Of a stretch of DNA of 64,000 bases, positions 19,075 to 26,806 are shown one piece after another. Position 1 is the first letter of the stretch. Each line of letters opens with the position of its first letter. Location: the NCBI GenBank assembly GCA_963778655.1, contig CAVZVA010000012.1:32001-96000 (forward strand). Reading direction: 5' to 3'. The stretch comes from an uncultured delta proteobacterium (lineage in GTDB: Bacteria > Myxococcota_A > Polyangia > Polyangiales > JAFGIB01). The notes under the pieces are model-generated. The model searched no databases. It had not been told where the DNA came from and was given only the letters and a program-made list of their open reading frames with translations. The position numbers were made by a program, and so were the translations under genes.

Positions 19075-19243
19075 GCCCCGGCAGCTTGAACATCGCGAGA
19101 GCACCGGCCGGCGTGACGTCGTCGCCGACGAGCTCGGTTGCAACGACTCCCGGGGTTTCGAGCCCGAGACCATCCCGGTAGAAAGCGAGCGCGCGATCCA
19201 GACTTGCGATCGCGAGCGTGATGACGTCGATGCGCGCTTCCAT
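19075..19243 (-). pseudogene. VOC/glyoxalase family protein, N-terminal half only
   Basis: MEARIDVITLAIASLDRALAFYRDGLG...AMFKL, then the similarity is lost. Confidence 0.7.
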
Positions 19244-19525
19244 GTTTCATCTTCAACGCGACCAGCATGGCCGCTCTCTTCTGGCGCCAGCTCTCGTCGA
19301 TGTCGCATGCTCAAGATGCCGCGCGGCTCAGTTGACGACCAGTGATTTGTTCGGGCTCTGTCACAGGCGGCCTGGACGCGGATTGCTTCTTCGAGATCGA
19401 CGCCTTCCATGCACGCGGAATGCAGGGCCCGGAGAGCCCGCGGGTGGTCCCCGTGGGGAGTCCCTTGCGACGTTTGTCCTCTGCGTGGTAGAGCGCGCTG
19501 CTTCGCGGCGCGCGAGCTGCAGCCG

Positions 19526-20239
19526 ATGGTGATCCTACACAAGTACGTGCCTGCCTGGGACATGGCGGACATCAGTCCATTCTGCATCAAGGTGGAGACG
19601 TATCTGCGGATGGTCGGCGTGCCGTTCGAGCCGCGCACCTCCGACGTGCGCAAGGCGCCCAAGGGCAAGCTGCCGTACATCGAAGACGGCGCGAGCGTGA
19701 TTTGCGACAGCCGCGACATCATCGCGCACTTCGAAGCCAAGCTTCCCAACGCGCTCGACCGCGAGCTGAGCGCGCGCGACCGGGCGCTCAGCGCGGCCTT
19801 TCAGGCTCTGCTCGAGGAAGAAGCGTACTTCTACGCGATCGTGCTGCGCTGGAGGGAAGATGACGGCTGGGCGATCTACAAGCCGGCGTTGCAGCGCTAC
19901 CTGGCGGCAATCGGCGTGCCCTCCCTGCTCGCGCCGCTGGTCGCAGCCAGCGCCCGCCGCGGGGTCGTTGCCCAGGCCAAGGCGCAGGGCAGCGCGCGGC
20001 ACAGCCGCGGCGAGATCGAGCAACGCTTGCTGGCCACCGCGCAGGCGGCGATCAATCAGGTGGGCGACGGCCCGTTCTTCCTCGGGCCGCGCCCGCACGT
20101 CATCGACGCGACCATGTTCGCGTTCCTCAGCGCCGCGCTCGACTCGCCGTTTCGTTCGCGCGCCAAGGACATGCTGGCGAAGGCGGACAACGTGCTGGCC
20201 TATCGCGAGCGCATGCGCGCTGCTTACTTCCCGCGCTGA
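19526..20239 (+). CDS. Glutathione S-transferase family protein (metaxin/FAX-like)
   Basis: SPFCIKVETYLR, APKGKLPYIED, ICDS, FFLG..P..ID. Confidence 0.88.
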   Translation: MVILHKYVPAWDMADISPFCIKVETYLRMVGVPFEPRTSDVRKAPKGKLPYIEDGASVICDSRDIIAHFEAKLPNALDRELSARDRALSAAFQALLEEEAYFYAIVLRWREDDGWAIYKPALQRYLAAIGVPSLLAPLVAASARRGVVAQAKAQGSARHSRGEIEQRLLATAQAAINQVGDGPFFLGPRPHVIDATMFAFLSAALDSPFRSRAKDMLAKADNVLAYRERMRAAYFPR

Positions 20240-20718
20240 TCGACCGCGCTCAGCGGCCGCCTGGGTGTCGACCTGGTGAGGTCACCGCGGAGGTGATGGA
20301 CTGCACGCGCTCCGCCGACGCGGGCGTGCCACCCACAGACAGCGCCGTCTGCTGGGCTACCTGGTCGTTGGTCACGATCGTTCGGGGGCCCGCCGGCAAC
20401 GGTCGCGCTCAGGTACGTGGCCTCCGGCGCGCAGCGCTTCGCCGAGCGGTTCGGGCGCGCCCGGCTCGCACAGCCTGTGCGTGCACGTACACCTGATGAG
20501 CGATGTTCGGACCGAAATGCTGACGCTGGTCGCGTCGCGCCGTCGGAGGTAGCTGCGGCACCGAGCACTGCGGGCGCCTGGGATGCGCGTATGGCTAGAG
20601 CAGGCCAGGGCGAATTCGACCTCGGCAGTGGGCGGATCGTCGACTCGCGGGCGCAGGATTCGGAGCCGACTTACGCAGCGGAGCTACGAACGGCGGACCG
20701 ATCGCGGTGCGCGCGCGC

Positions 20719-20734
20719 TGGCACGAACCCTGCA
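20719..20734 (+). promoter_or_regulatory. Putative sigma54 promoter
   Basis: TGGCAC-GAACC-CTGCA with correct GG/GC spacing, 40 nt upstream of the ATG at 20775. Confidence 0.55.
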
Positions 20735-20774
20735 AAAGCATGCGGGGTCCACCCTGCCCACTTCGAAGGAAGCC

Positions 20775-21329
20775 ATGGTTGCGAATCGATCGCGTACGAG
20801 TCGTTCCGGCCAGTCCGCCGGTGCCTACAGCTTCGGGCCCGCGCACCCCTCGCTTCGCGGGGGCCCGCGGCAGGTCAGCGGACCTGTGGCCAGGGCCGTC
20901 GACCCGCACGCACGAGCGCCGCGCGGCGAACGGCCAGGCAGCGAGCCCGTTGTGCCGGCCCACGTTGCGGATCGGCGCATACTTGCCGCCAGCGTGACCC
21001 AGAGCCTCGCCAAGCGTCGCTACGGTGACGCGCTCTCGAGCATTCTTCGGCTGGTGATGCTCGAGCCAGGCGAGCCTCGTTGGCATCAGAAGTACGGCGA
21101 GGTGCTACGCACGCTCGGCCGCGCTCAAGAGGCCGCGGCGGCTTATCGCCGCGCCGCGCGTCGCTACGAAGCGATGGCCTTGCCCGCGCGCGCTAGCGCC
21201 GCATTGCGCGTCGCCGAAGGGCTCGAAGGAGCTTCGTCGTCTTCCACCGCGCCGACCAGCAGTGACCGCCTGCGCACCCAGCCCCTCCCGTCCGCCGAGG
21301 ATCGGATCACGGCGCGACCGCCGGCGTGA
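20775..21329 (+). CDS. Hypothetical TPR-like protein
   Basis: RBS GAAGGA; helical repeat EPGEPRWHQKYGEVLRTLGRAQEAAAAY. Confidence 0.6.
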   Translation: MVANRSRTSRSGQSAGAYSFGPAHPSLRGGPRQVSGPVARAVDPHARAPRGERPGSEPVVPAHVADRRILAASVTQSLAKRRYGDALSSILRLVMLEPGEPRWHQKYGEVLRTLGRAQEAAAAYRRAARRYEAMALPARASAALRVAEGLEGASSSSTAPTSSDRLRTQPLPSAEDRITARPPA

Positions 21330-21350
21330 CGGACTTCGCCGTCGAGCGCG

Positions 21351-21389
21351 GATCCCGGATCCCCGCCCCAGGTTGACGAGAGGGGGAGG
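21351..21389 (+). repeat. Last end-motif stub of the array
   Basis: GATCCCGGATCCCCGCCCCAGGTTGACGAGAGGGGGAGG, 21 nt after a stop codon. Confidence 0.75.
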
Positions 21390-21449
21390 CGTGCCGCGCG
21401 GACGCCAGATGGGCTCCGCTGGGCTCGAGCGCCTGCCCGTGCCAGTCGA

Positions 21450-21602
21450 TGGAAAGACGCCGAGTATCGCCACAGCCTGACGCCCGAGCAGCAGGCCAGC
21501 CTGTCCCCGAACCCGGCAGAGCTTGTAGACGCCGAGCTGGACCTGGTCGCCGGCGGAATGCGCGTGCGCAGCCTGAGCCTCGACGCGTGCTGCAAGCCCA
21601 AG
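21450..21602 (+). pseudogene. Remnant of a second lanthipeptide precursor (no start codon)
   Basis: Translates WKDAEYRHSLTPEQQASLSPNPAELVDAELDLVAGG-MRVRSLSLDACCKP; the leader is nearly identical to that of lanA at 23021. Confidence 0.85.
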
Positions 21603-22160
21603 TCAAGCGGGCCAGTGTTTGAGGGCTTCTTGAAGCGACTCGACTTTCTGGGGTGCCCGCCGCTGCGCGGCCGCGATCAAGTCCTCGCGAAGGCGGCGCG
21701 ACTCCCGTGCGAGGTCGGACATCGTGTCCTCGTAGTTGTTCGGACTGAATCGAAATCGGCGCTTGGGCGGTCCGTCGCTGAGGCGCAAGGCGTGCCGCAC
21801 GCTCATGACGATTTCGTCACCAGACTTGGTAAACGCGGCCTTGTAGTGGTTGTCGATAAAGACATCCGCCGGTATGTCCGCAGGAGTTTTGGGCCAGAGC
21901 TCGAAGAAATTCATCGGACTGGCGAAGAAGCCGCCTGCCTCCCCGAAAAACACGATTTCGATCCGCAGACCACGATCGTCGACTTCGTACTGGTCGATGA
22001 TGTCCAGGAGGATGCGCTCGCGTGTGCCCCCGTCGATTTCGACCAGGTAGAGCTCGTCGCCGATCGTGCCCAGGACTCGCGGCGCGTCCCAACGATACTC
22101 GCTCTCGCCGACCCAGCCGGCGAGGCCAAGCCGCGCGACTCTTTCGACCACGTCAGCCAT
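21603..22160 (-). CDS. Hypothetical protein, 185 aa
   Basis: Protein-like composition, acidic and aromatic-rich, lower GC than its neighbours; no family recognised. Confidence 0.65.
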   Translation of the reverse strand: MADVVERVARLGLAGWVGESEYRWDAPRVLGTIGDELYLVEIDGGTRERILLDIIDQYEVDDRGLRIEIVFFGEAGGFFASPMNFFELWPKTPADIPADVFIDNHYKAAFTKSGDEIVMSVRHALRLSDGPPKRRFRFSPNNYEDTMSDLARESRRLREDLIAAAQRRAPQKVESLQEALKHWPA

Positions 22161-22208
22161 CGGCGTGTCTGTATTTACTCGCCGGACCGGACCGTCCTGC
22201 GCATCCCC

Positions 22209-22625
22209 TCACGTCCGGGGAGCCTCGTGGTTGATCATCCACGGGACGCCGAAACGATCTAGCAGCATGCCGAAGGCTTCGGCCCAGAACGTCTTTTCCA
22301 GCGGCATGGTGACGCGTCCGCCTTCGGCCAGGGCGTCGTAGGCGGCCTTGGCGGCTGCCACCGACTCAAAGCTGAGTGACAGGGAGAAACCATGCATTCC
22401 CTGGTGGGGCTGGCCGGGCATGGAGTCCGACGCCATCAAGGTGTTGCCGTCGAAGCTCAGCCGCGAGTGCATGACGCGGTCAGCGCTGCCCGGAGGCGCC
22501 TGGGTCGCCATCGGTGATTGGCCAAAGGTCATCAGCTCGAGCGTGCCGCCCAGGGTGCGCTCGTAGAAGCGCATGGCGTCCGCACAGTTGCCATCGAACG
22601 TGAGATAGGCGTGAAGCTGGCGCAT
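22209..22625 (-). CDS. VOC family protein (PhnB/YjdN-like)
   Basis: YLTFDGNCADAMRFY, VMHSRL, LMASD, MPLEKTFWA..FGML.DRFGVPWMIN; RBS GAGGAGG. Confidence 0.92.
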   Translation of the reverse strand: MRQLHAYLTFDGNCADAMRFYERTLGGTLELMTFGQSPMATQAPPGSADRVMHSRLSFDGNTLMASDSMPGQPHQGMHGFSLSLSFESVAAAKAAYDALAEGGRVTMPLEKTFWAEAFGMLLDRFGVPWMINHEAPRT

Positions 22626-23020
22626 GGGAAGCCTCCTCGGAGTCGGTCTGCGCGGATTCTTGCACCTTGCCGGCTGTGTCCGCAACGGGATGCCGGGCCG
22701 GCACCATCCGGAGACGTTCGGGCCCGACTCACTCGACCACCGGCGGGCACGCGCGGAAGGGGCGGGGGCGGTTTCATTGTACGCTCGTGCGGGCAGACTT
22801 GTGGATGCCGGGCCTGTGGTTGCTCGTGCCGAGCGCGGTGTTGCTCACGGCTGTGCCGTCACCACAGACATGGTCCGAGAGCGGGCGGCGGTCGAGGGGC
22901 GCGCAATTCCGCGAGGCGCATGTCCGGAATCGTGTCCGCGTTCCGTTTGATCCCAGTGAAGGCGAACGGGAGACGAAAACCCGGGGCCGTCAAGACCAAC
23001 CCAACCCCACAGGAATCAAC

Positions 23021-23257
23021 ATGAAAATCGATATCGTTCGTGCATGGAAGGACGCCGCGTACCGCAACAGCCTGACTCCCGAGCAGCAGGCCAGCCTGCC
23101 CCCGAACCCGGCGGAGGTTTCAGACGCCGAGCTCGACCAGGTCGCCGGCGGGTTCCGCTCGCTCCGAATGGACGTGACCCTCGGCGGACCGACGCGCTGC
23201 GGAACGGCGTACCCCGAGTGCTGCTACAACTCCACGATCGGCGTGATGAGGCGGTGA
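23021..23257 (+). CDS. lanA: Class II lanthipeptide precursor (mersacidin/lichenicidin-type leader), 78 aa
   Basis: MKIDIVRAWKDAAYRNSL...LPPNPAEVSDAELDQVAGG double-glycine leader; core has 3 Cys and 6 Ser/Thr; RBS AGGA. Confidence 0.92.
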   Translation: MKIDIVRAWKDAAYRNSLTPEQQASLPPNPAEVSDAELDQVAGGFRSLRMDVTLGGPTRCGTAYPECCYNSTIGVMRR

Positions 23258-23386
23258 CACGGACGCGCAAGGCGCCGCCAAGTCGAGGGTGCCCACGCCG
23301 GTGGAGCACCAGCGAAATGGCGGCGCCGTCCGAGCTACGACCCACCCATTGATCCGACCTGCGATTCTTCGACGGCAACAACGCTC

Positions 23387-26300
23387 ATGACTCACCACTC
23401 GCTCACTGCAGACCCCGGCGCCCTCACGCCGCAGCTGTACTCGGCTCTGTCGCTCGCAGAGCGGCGCTCGCGTTTGCAGCAAGTCGGTGAGCGCCCGATC
23501 GACCCGAAGGCGGATGCAGGCCGCGCGGCGGCGGTCGTCGATCGCTGGAAGGCGTCCGCCCCTTTCACAAGCGGTGCTTCGTTCGATGCGCGCCTGCAGC
23601 TGGACTGCTTGAGCGAAGACGATCTGCGCGCGATCCTCGCGCTTTCGCCCGAGGCCTACGCCCAGCCGGGCGCCGAGATGCCAGCTTGGATTCGGGAGCT
23701 CGAGGAGCTCTACAGCAAGCCGCATCCCATCGGCGCCGAGCCGGCGTTCTCACGGTACGCCGCGCAGGGCGCGAACGGCTTGCTCTGGATCGCGTACCCG
23801 TTGATTCGGTGTGTACTGGGACGATTTCGCGAGCGTGTCGGCCAGCTCACGACACCGCACAGTCCGTTCGAGGCCGCGTCGGCGGAGCGCTTGCTCCTGC
23901 CGAGCTTGTTCGAGACGCTCATGGATGCGCTGACTCCGACGCTCGTCCTGGAGCTGAACGTCGCCCGTGTGCAGCAACTTCTCGCCGGCGAGCTCGCGGA
24001 GCAGCGCTTCGCCAGCTTCTGCGAGCGCCTGCAACACAGCGACGTGCGACAGGCAATCGCCGGCGAGTACCCAGTGTTGTTGCGATTTCTCTACGTCCGG
24101 GCCACGCAGTGGCTGGACTGCAGCCTCGAGCTGTTGGAGCGGCTTTCGCACGATTGGGAGTTGATCCGTACGCGCCTGGCCGCGGGTGCGAATCCGGGCA
24201 AGCTGGCGTCCATCGACGTGGGCGCCGGCGATACGCATCGCGGAGGTCGCACGGTCGCGATCCTCGAGCTCGAGACTGGCTTCAAGTTTGTCTACAAGCC
24301 TCACAGTCAGGCGGTAGACGTGCGCTTCGGCGAGCTGCTCAGCTGGATCAACCGGGCCGGCTTCGAGACCCCGTTTCGCGTGCTCGAGATCATCGATCGT
24401 GGCGCCTACGGCTGGTCGGAGTTCGTCGAGCGAGAGTCGTGTTCCGACCCGGGCGAGGTCGAGCGCTTCTATCAAAGGCTCGGCGGCTACCTGGCGGTGT
24501 TCTACGTCACACGCGCCCGCGACATGCATTTCGGCAATCTGATCGCGGCTGGGGAGCATCCGGTGCCGGTGGATCTCGAAGCATTGTTCCACAACGACGT
24601 GATCTCGGAACAGGACGATCCCGCGCTCGCCGCGTTCCAGTCATCTGTGATGCAGACGATGCTGCTGCCTCAACCCATGTACGTATCCGGCACCGATCAG
24701 ACCGTCGACCTGAGCGGCTTTGGTGCCAGCAGCGACCAACCGTTTCCGTTCGCGAGGAAGGTGTGCTGGGACCGGCCAGGAACCGACGAGATGCGACTGG
24801 TTCGCGACCAGGCGGTGCCCACCCTCGTTGCCAGGAGCCGGCCCCAGTTGAACGGTGTGGAAGTCCGCGCGGACGACTTCGGGGAACATTTCCTGGCCGG
24901 CTTTCGCCGTGTGTACCGCCTGATCGAAACACACCGCGACGCGCTCCAAGGGCCGGCGGGGTGGTTCGAGCGAATCGTGGACGACGAGGTGCGGTTCGTC
25001 GCACGTGCGACTTCGGTGTACGCAGGAATGCTTGGGCGGTGCAATCAACCCCCCCAGCTACGAGATGCGATCGATCGCGATCAGGTGTTGGAAGACCTGT
25101 GGTTGGGTACGCACGAGCAACCTCACCTGACTCGCCTGATTTCGGCGGAGGCAAGAGACCTGCAGCGCGGCGACGTCCCAGTGTTCACGTCCCGGCCCAA
25201 CTCGCGCCACCTGTGGACCAGCGACGGCGAGCCGATTCCGGATTTCTTCGAGCAGCCGGCGAGGGCGTTGCTTCTCGAGGGGCTGAACCGGCTCGGAGAC
25301 GCTGACCTCGCGCGGCAGGAAGGGTTGATCCGTACCGCCATCGCTTCGCTCGGTGCAACCGAAGCGCACGACGACGTGCCGGCGTCACGCAAGTTTCCTT
25401 TGACGAGTGGGCACGAGGCCATCGACCTGGCGCGTGCCGTCGGGGATACGCTGTGCCGCAATGCCCTGCAGACCGAAGCGCATGCGAGCTGGATAGGCGT
25501 CGATCCTCTCGGCCCCGCCGGTCAGGTCTCGATCCAGCCGTTGGATGTGGGCCTGTACAGCGGCCTTTCAGGCTGCGCGTTGTTTCTTGGTTATCTGGCC
25601 GTCGTCAGCGGCGATGCATCCTACGAGCAGGTCGCACGAAAGGCCGTGGCGCTGTTGCGGCACCGGCTCGCGCGCGGACGAGCTTCAGGCATGCCGGTGC
25701 CGAGCCTGGGCGCGTTTACGGGCGTCGGCGGAGTCATCTACGCGCTCACCCACCTGGGCGTGCTCTGGGACGATGCGGCGCTGCTCCAAGAAGCGCACGT
25801 GCTGGCCGCGGACGTCCCGCAGCTCATCGCCACGGACGATACGCTCGATGTGATTGGCGGCTGTGCGGGTGCGATCGCTGCGCTCTCGGTTCTGTGCCAA
25901 GTCAGCCCGAGCGACGCGTTGCAGCGCGCAGCCGTGGCCTGCGGCGAGCACCTCCTTGCCAAACAGCAGCCGCAAGCCCACGGCGTCGCCTGGACCACCC
26001 ACATTGGCGCCAGCCAGCCGCTGACCGGGTTCTCGCACGGTGCGGCCGGCATCGCGTGGGCATTGCTCAAGCTTGCGGCCCTCAGCGGCCAGGAGCGTTT
26101 CCGCGCGACTGCGCTGGCTGCGCTCGCATATGAACGAAGCACGTTTGTCGCCGACATGGCCAACTGGCCAGACTTCCGCCTCGCGCCAGGCAAGGACCCG
26201 TCCGTGCCGTTGTGCGAGCTCGCGTGGTGTCATGGAGCGCCTGGAATCGCGCTCGCTCGCATCGACAGCCTGCCGTACCTGGACGACCGCGAGACGCGCG

Positions 26301-26623
26301 ACGAGATAGCGGTCGGGCTTCGCACCACGCTTGCAGCCAAGCCCGGGAGAAATCACTGCCTGTGTCATGGCGACCTCGGCAACCTCGAGCTTCTGCTTCA
26401 CGCCGCCGAGCGCGTCGATGACTGCTGGTGGCGTGATGCTGGGGAGCGCGTGGCGCAACAGACCCTGCGGACAATCGCCGCACGAGGCTGCCGCTGCGGC
26501 GGCCAGAGCTACCTTGCGCCGCCCGGGTTGATGGTCGGGCTCGCCGGAATCGGCTACGGAGCGCTTCGCCTCGCGCGTCGCGACAAGGTCCCCTCGGTAC
26601 TGGTCCTGGCGCCTCCGGCATAG
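23387..26623 (+). CDS. lanM: Class II lanthipeptide synthetase LanM
   Basis: Dehydratase motifs GDTHRGGRTV, VYKP, DMHFGN, PVDLE, RGDVPVF; LanC cyclase motifs GFSHG, WCHG, CLCHG, GLMVGLAGIGY. Confidence 0.96.
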   Translation: MTHHSLTADPGALTPQLYSALSLAERRSRLQQVGERPIDPKADAGRAAAVVDRWKASAPFTSGASFDARLQLDCLSEDDLRAILALSPEAYAQPGAEMPAWIRELEELYSKPHPIGAEPAFSRYAAQGANGLLWIAYPLIRCVLGRFRERVGQLTTPHSPFEAASAERLLLPSLFETLMDALTPTLVLELNVARVQQLLAGELAEQRFASFCERLQHSDVRQAIAGEYPVLLRFLYVRATQWLDCSLELLERLSHDWELIRTRLAAGANPGKLASIDVGAGDTHRGGRTVAILELETGFKFVYKPHSQAVDVRFGELLSWINRAGFETPFRVLEIIDRGAYGWSEFVERESCSDPGEVERFYQRLGGYLAVFYVTRARDMHFGNLIAAGEHPVPVDLEALFHNDVISEQDDPALAAFQSSVMQTMLLPQPMYVSGTDQTVDLSGFGASSDQPFPFARKVCWDRPGTDEMRLVRDQAVPTLVARSRPQLNGVEVRADDFGEHFLAGFRRVYRLIETHRDALQGPAGWFERIVDDEVRFVARATSVYAGMLGRCNQPPQLRDAIDRDQVLEDLWLGTHEQPHLTRLISAEARDLQRGDVPVFTSRPNSRHLWTSDGEPIPDFFEQPARALLLEGLNRLGDADLARQEGLIRTAIASLGATEAHDDVPASRKFPLTSGHEAIDLARAVGDTLCRNALQTEAHASWIGVDPLGPAGQVSIQPLDVGLYSGLSGCALFLGYLAVVSGDASYEQVARKAVALLRHRLARGRASGMPVPSLGAFTGVGGVIYALTHLGVLWDDAALLQEAHVLAADVPQLIATDDTLDVIGGCAGAIAALSVLCQVSPSDALQRAAVACGEHLLAKQQPQAHGVAWTTHIGASQPLTGFSHGAAGIAWALLKLAALSGQERFRATALAALAYERSTFVADMANWPDFRLAPGKDPSVPLCELAWCHGAPGIALARIDSLPYLDDRETRDEIAVGLRTTLAAKPGRNHCLCHGDLGNLELLLHAAERVDDCWWRDAGERVAQQTLRTIAARGCRCGGQSYLAPPGLMVGLAGIGYGALRLARRDKVPSVLVLAPPA

Positions 26624-26806
26624 GTGGGACTCGCGCGCGGCCTGGGCCTCGGCTCACGAGGCTCCGGCGCCGACGCGGAAGCACATCGATCACAGCGCGG
26701 TCGTCTCCGCCGCACGGGAACGCCCCGGGCCCCTGCGGCCGTCGCTATCCGCTGTCGAGAGCCGGAAGGGCGGTCTCGGCTGGGGCGCGGGCGACGCGTT
26801 CTGCCT

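Noticed and set aside
19446..19464. GTCCCCGTGGGGAGTCCCT, similar to the flank of the 9784 motif
   Set aside because: Lacks the core TGTCCCAGGTTGA; too short to call.
3144..21389. CRISPR array interpretation of the recurring 22-bp motif
   Set aside because: Spacing ranges from 14 bp to several kb, the intervening DNA is transposase pieces or whole genes, and no cas genes are present.
3144..21389. Classical integron
   Set aside because: No tyrosine-recombinase integrase in the window, and the repeats lack the RYYYAAC...GTTRRRY paired attC architecture.
21558..22262. 234-aa + strand ORF starting MRVRSLSLDACC
   Set aside because: Only the first ~15 codons are the lanA remnant core; the rest is antisense to the gene at 21603-22160.
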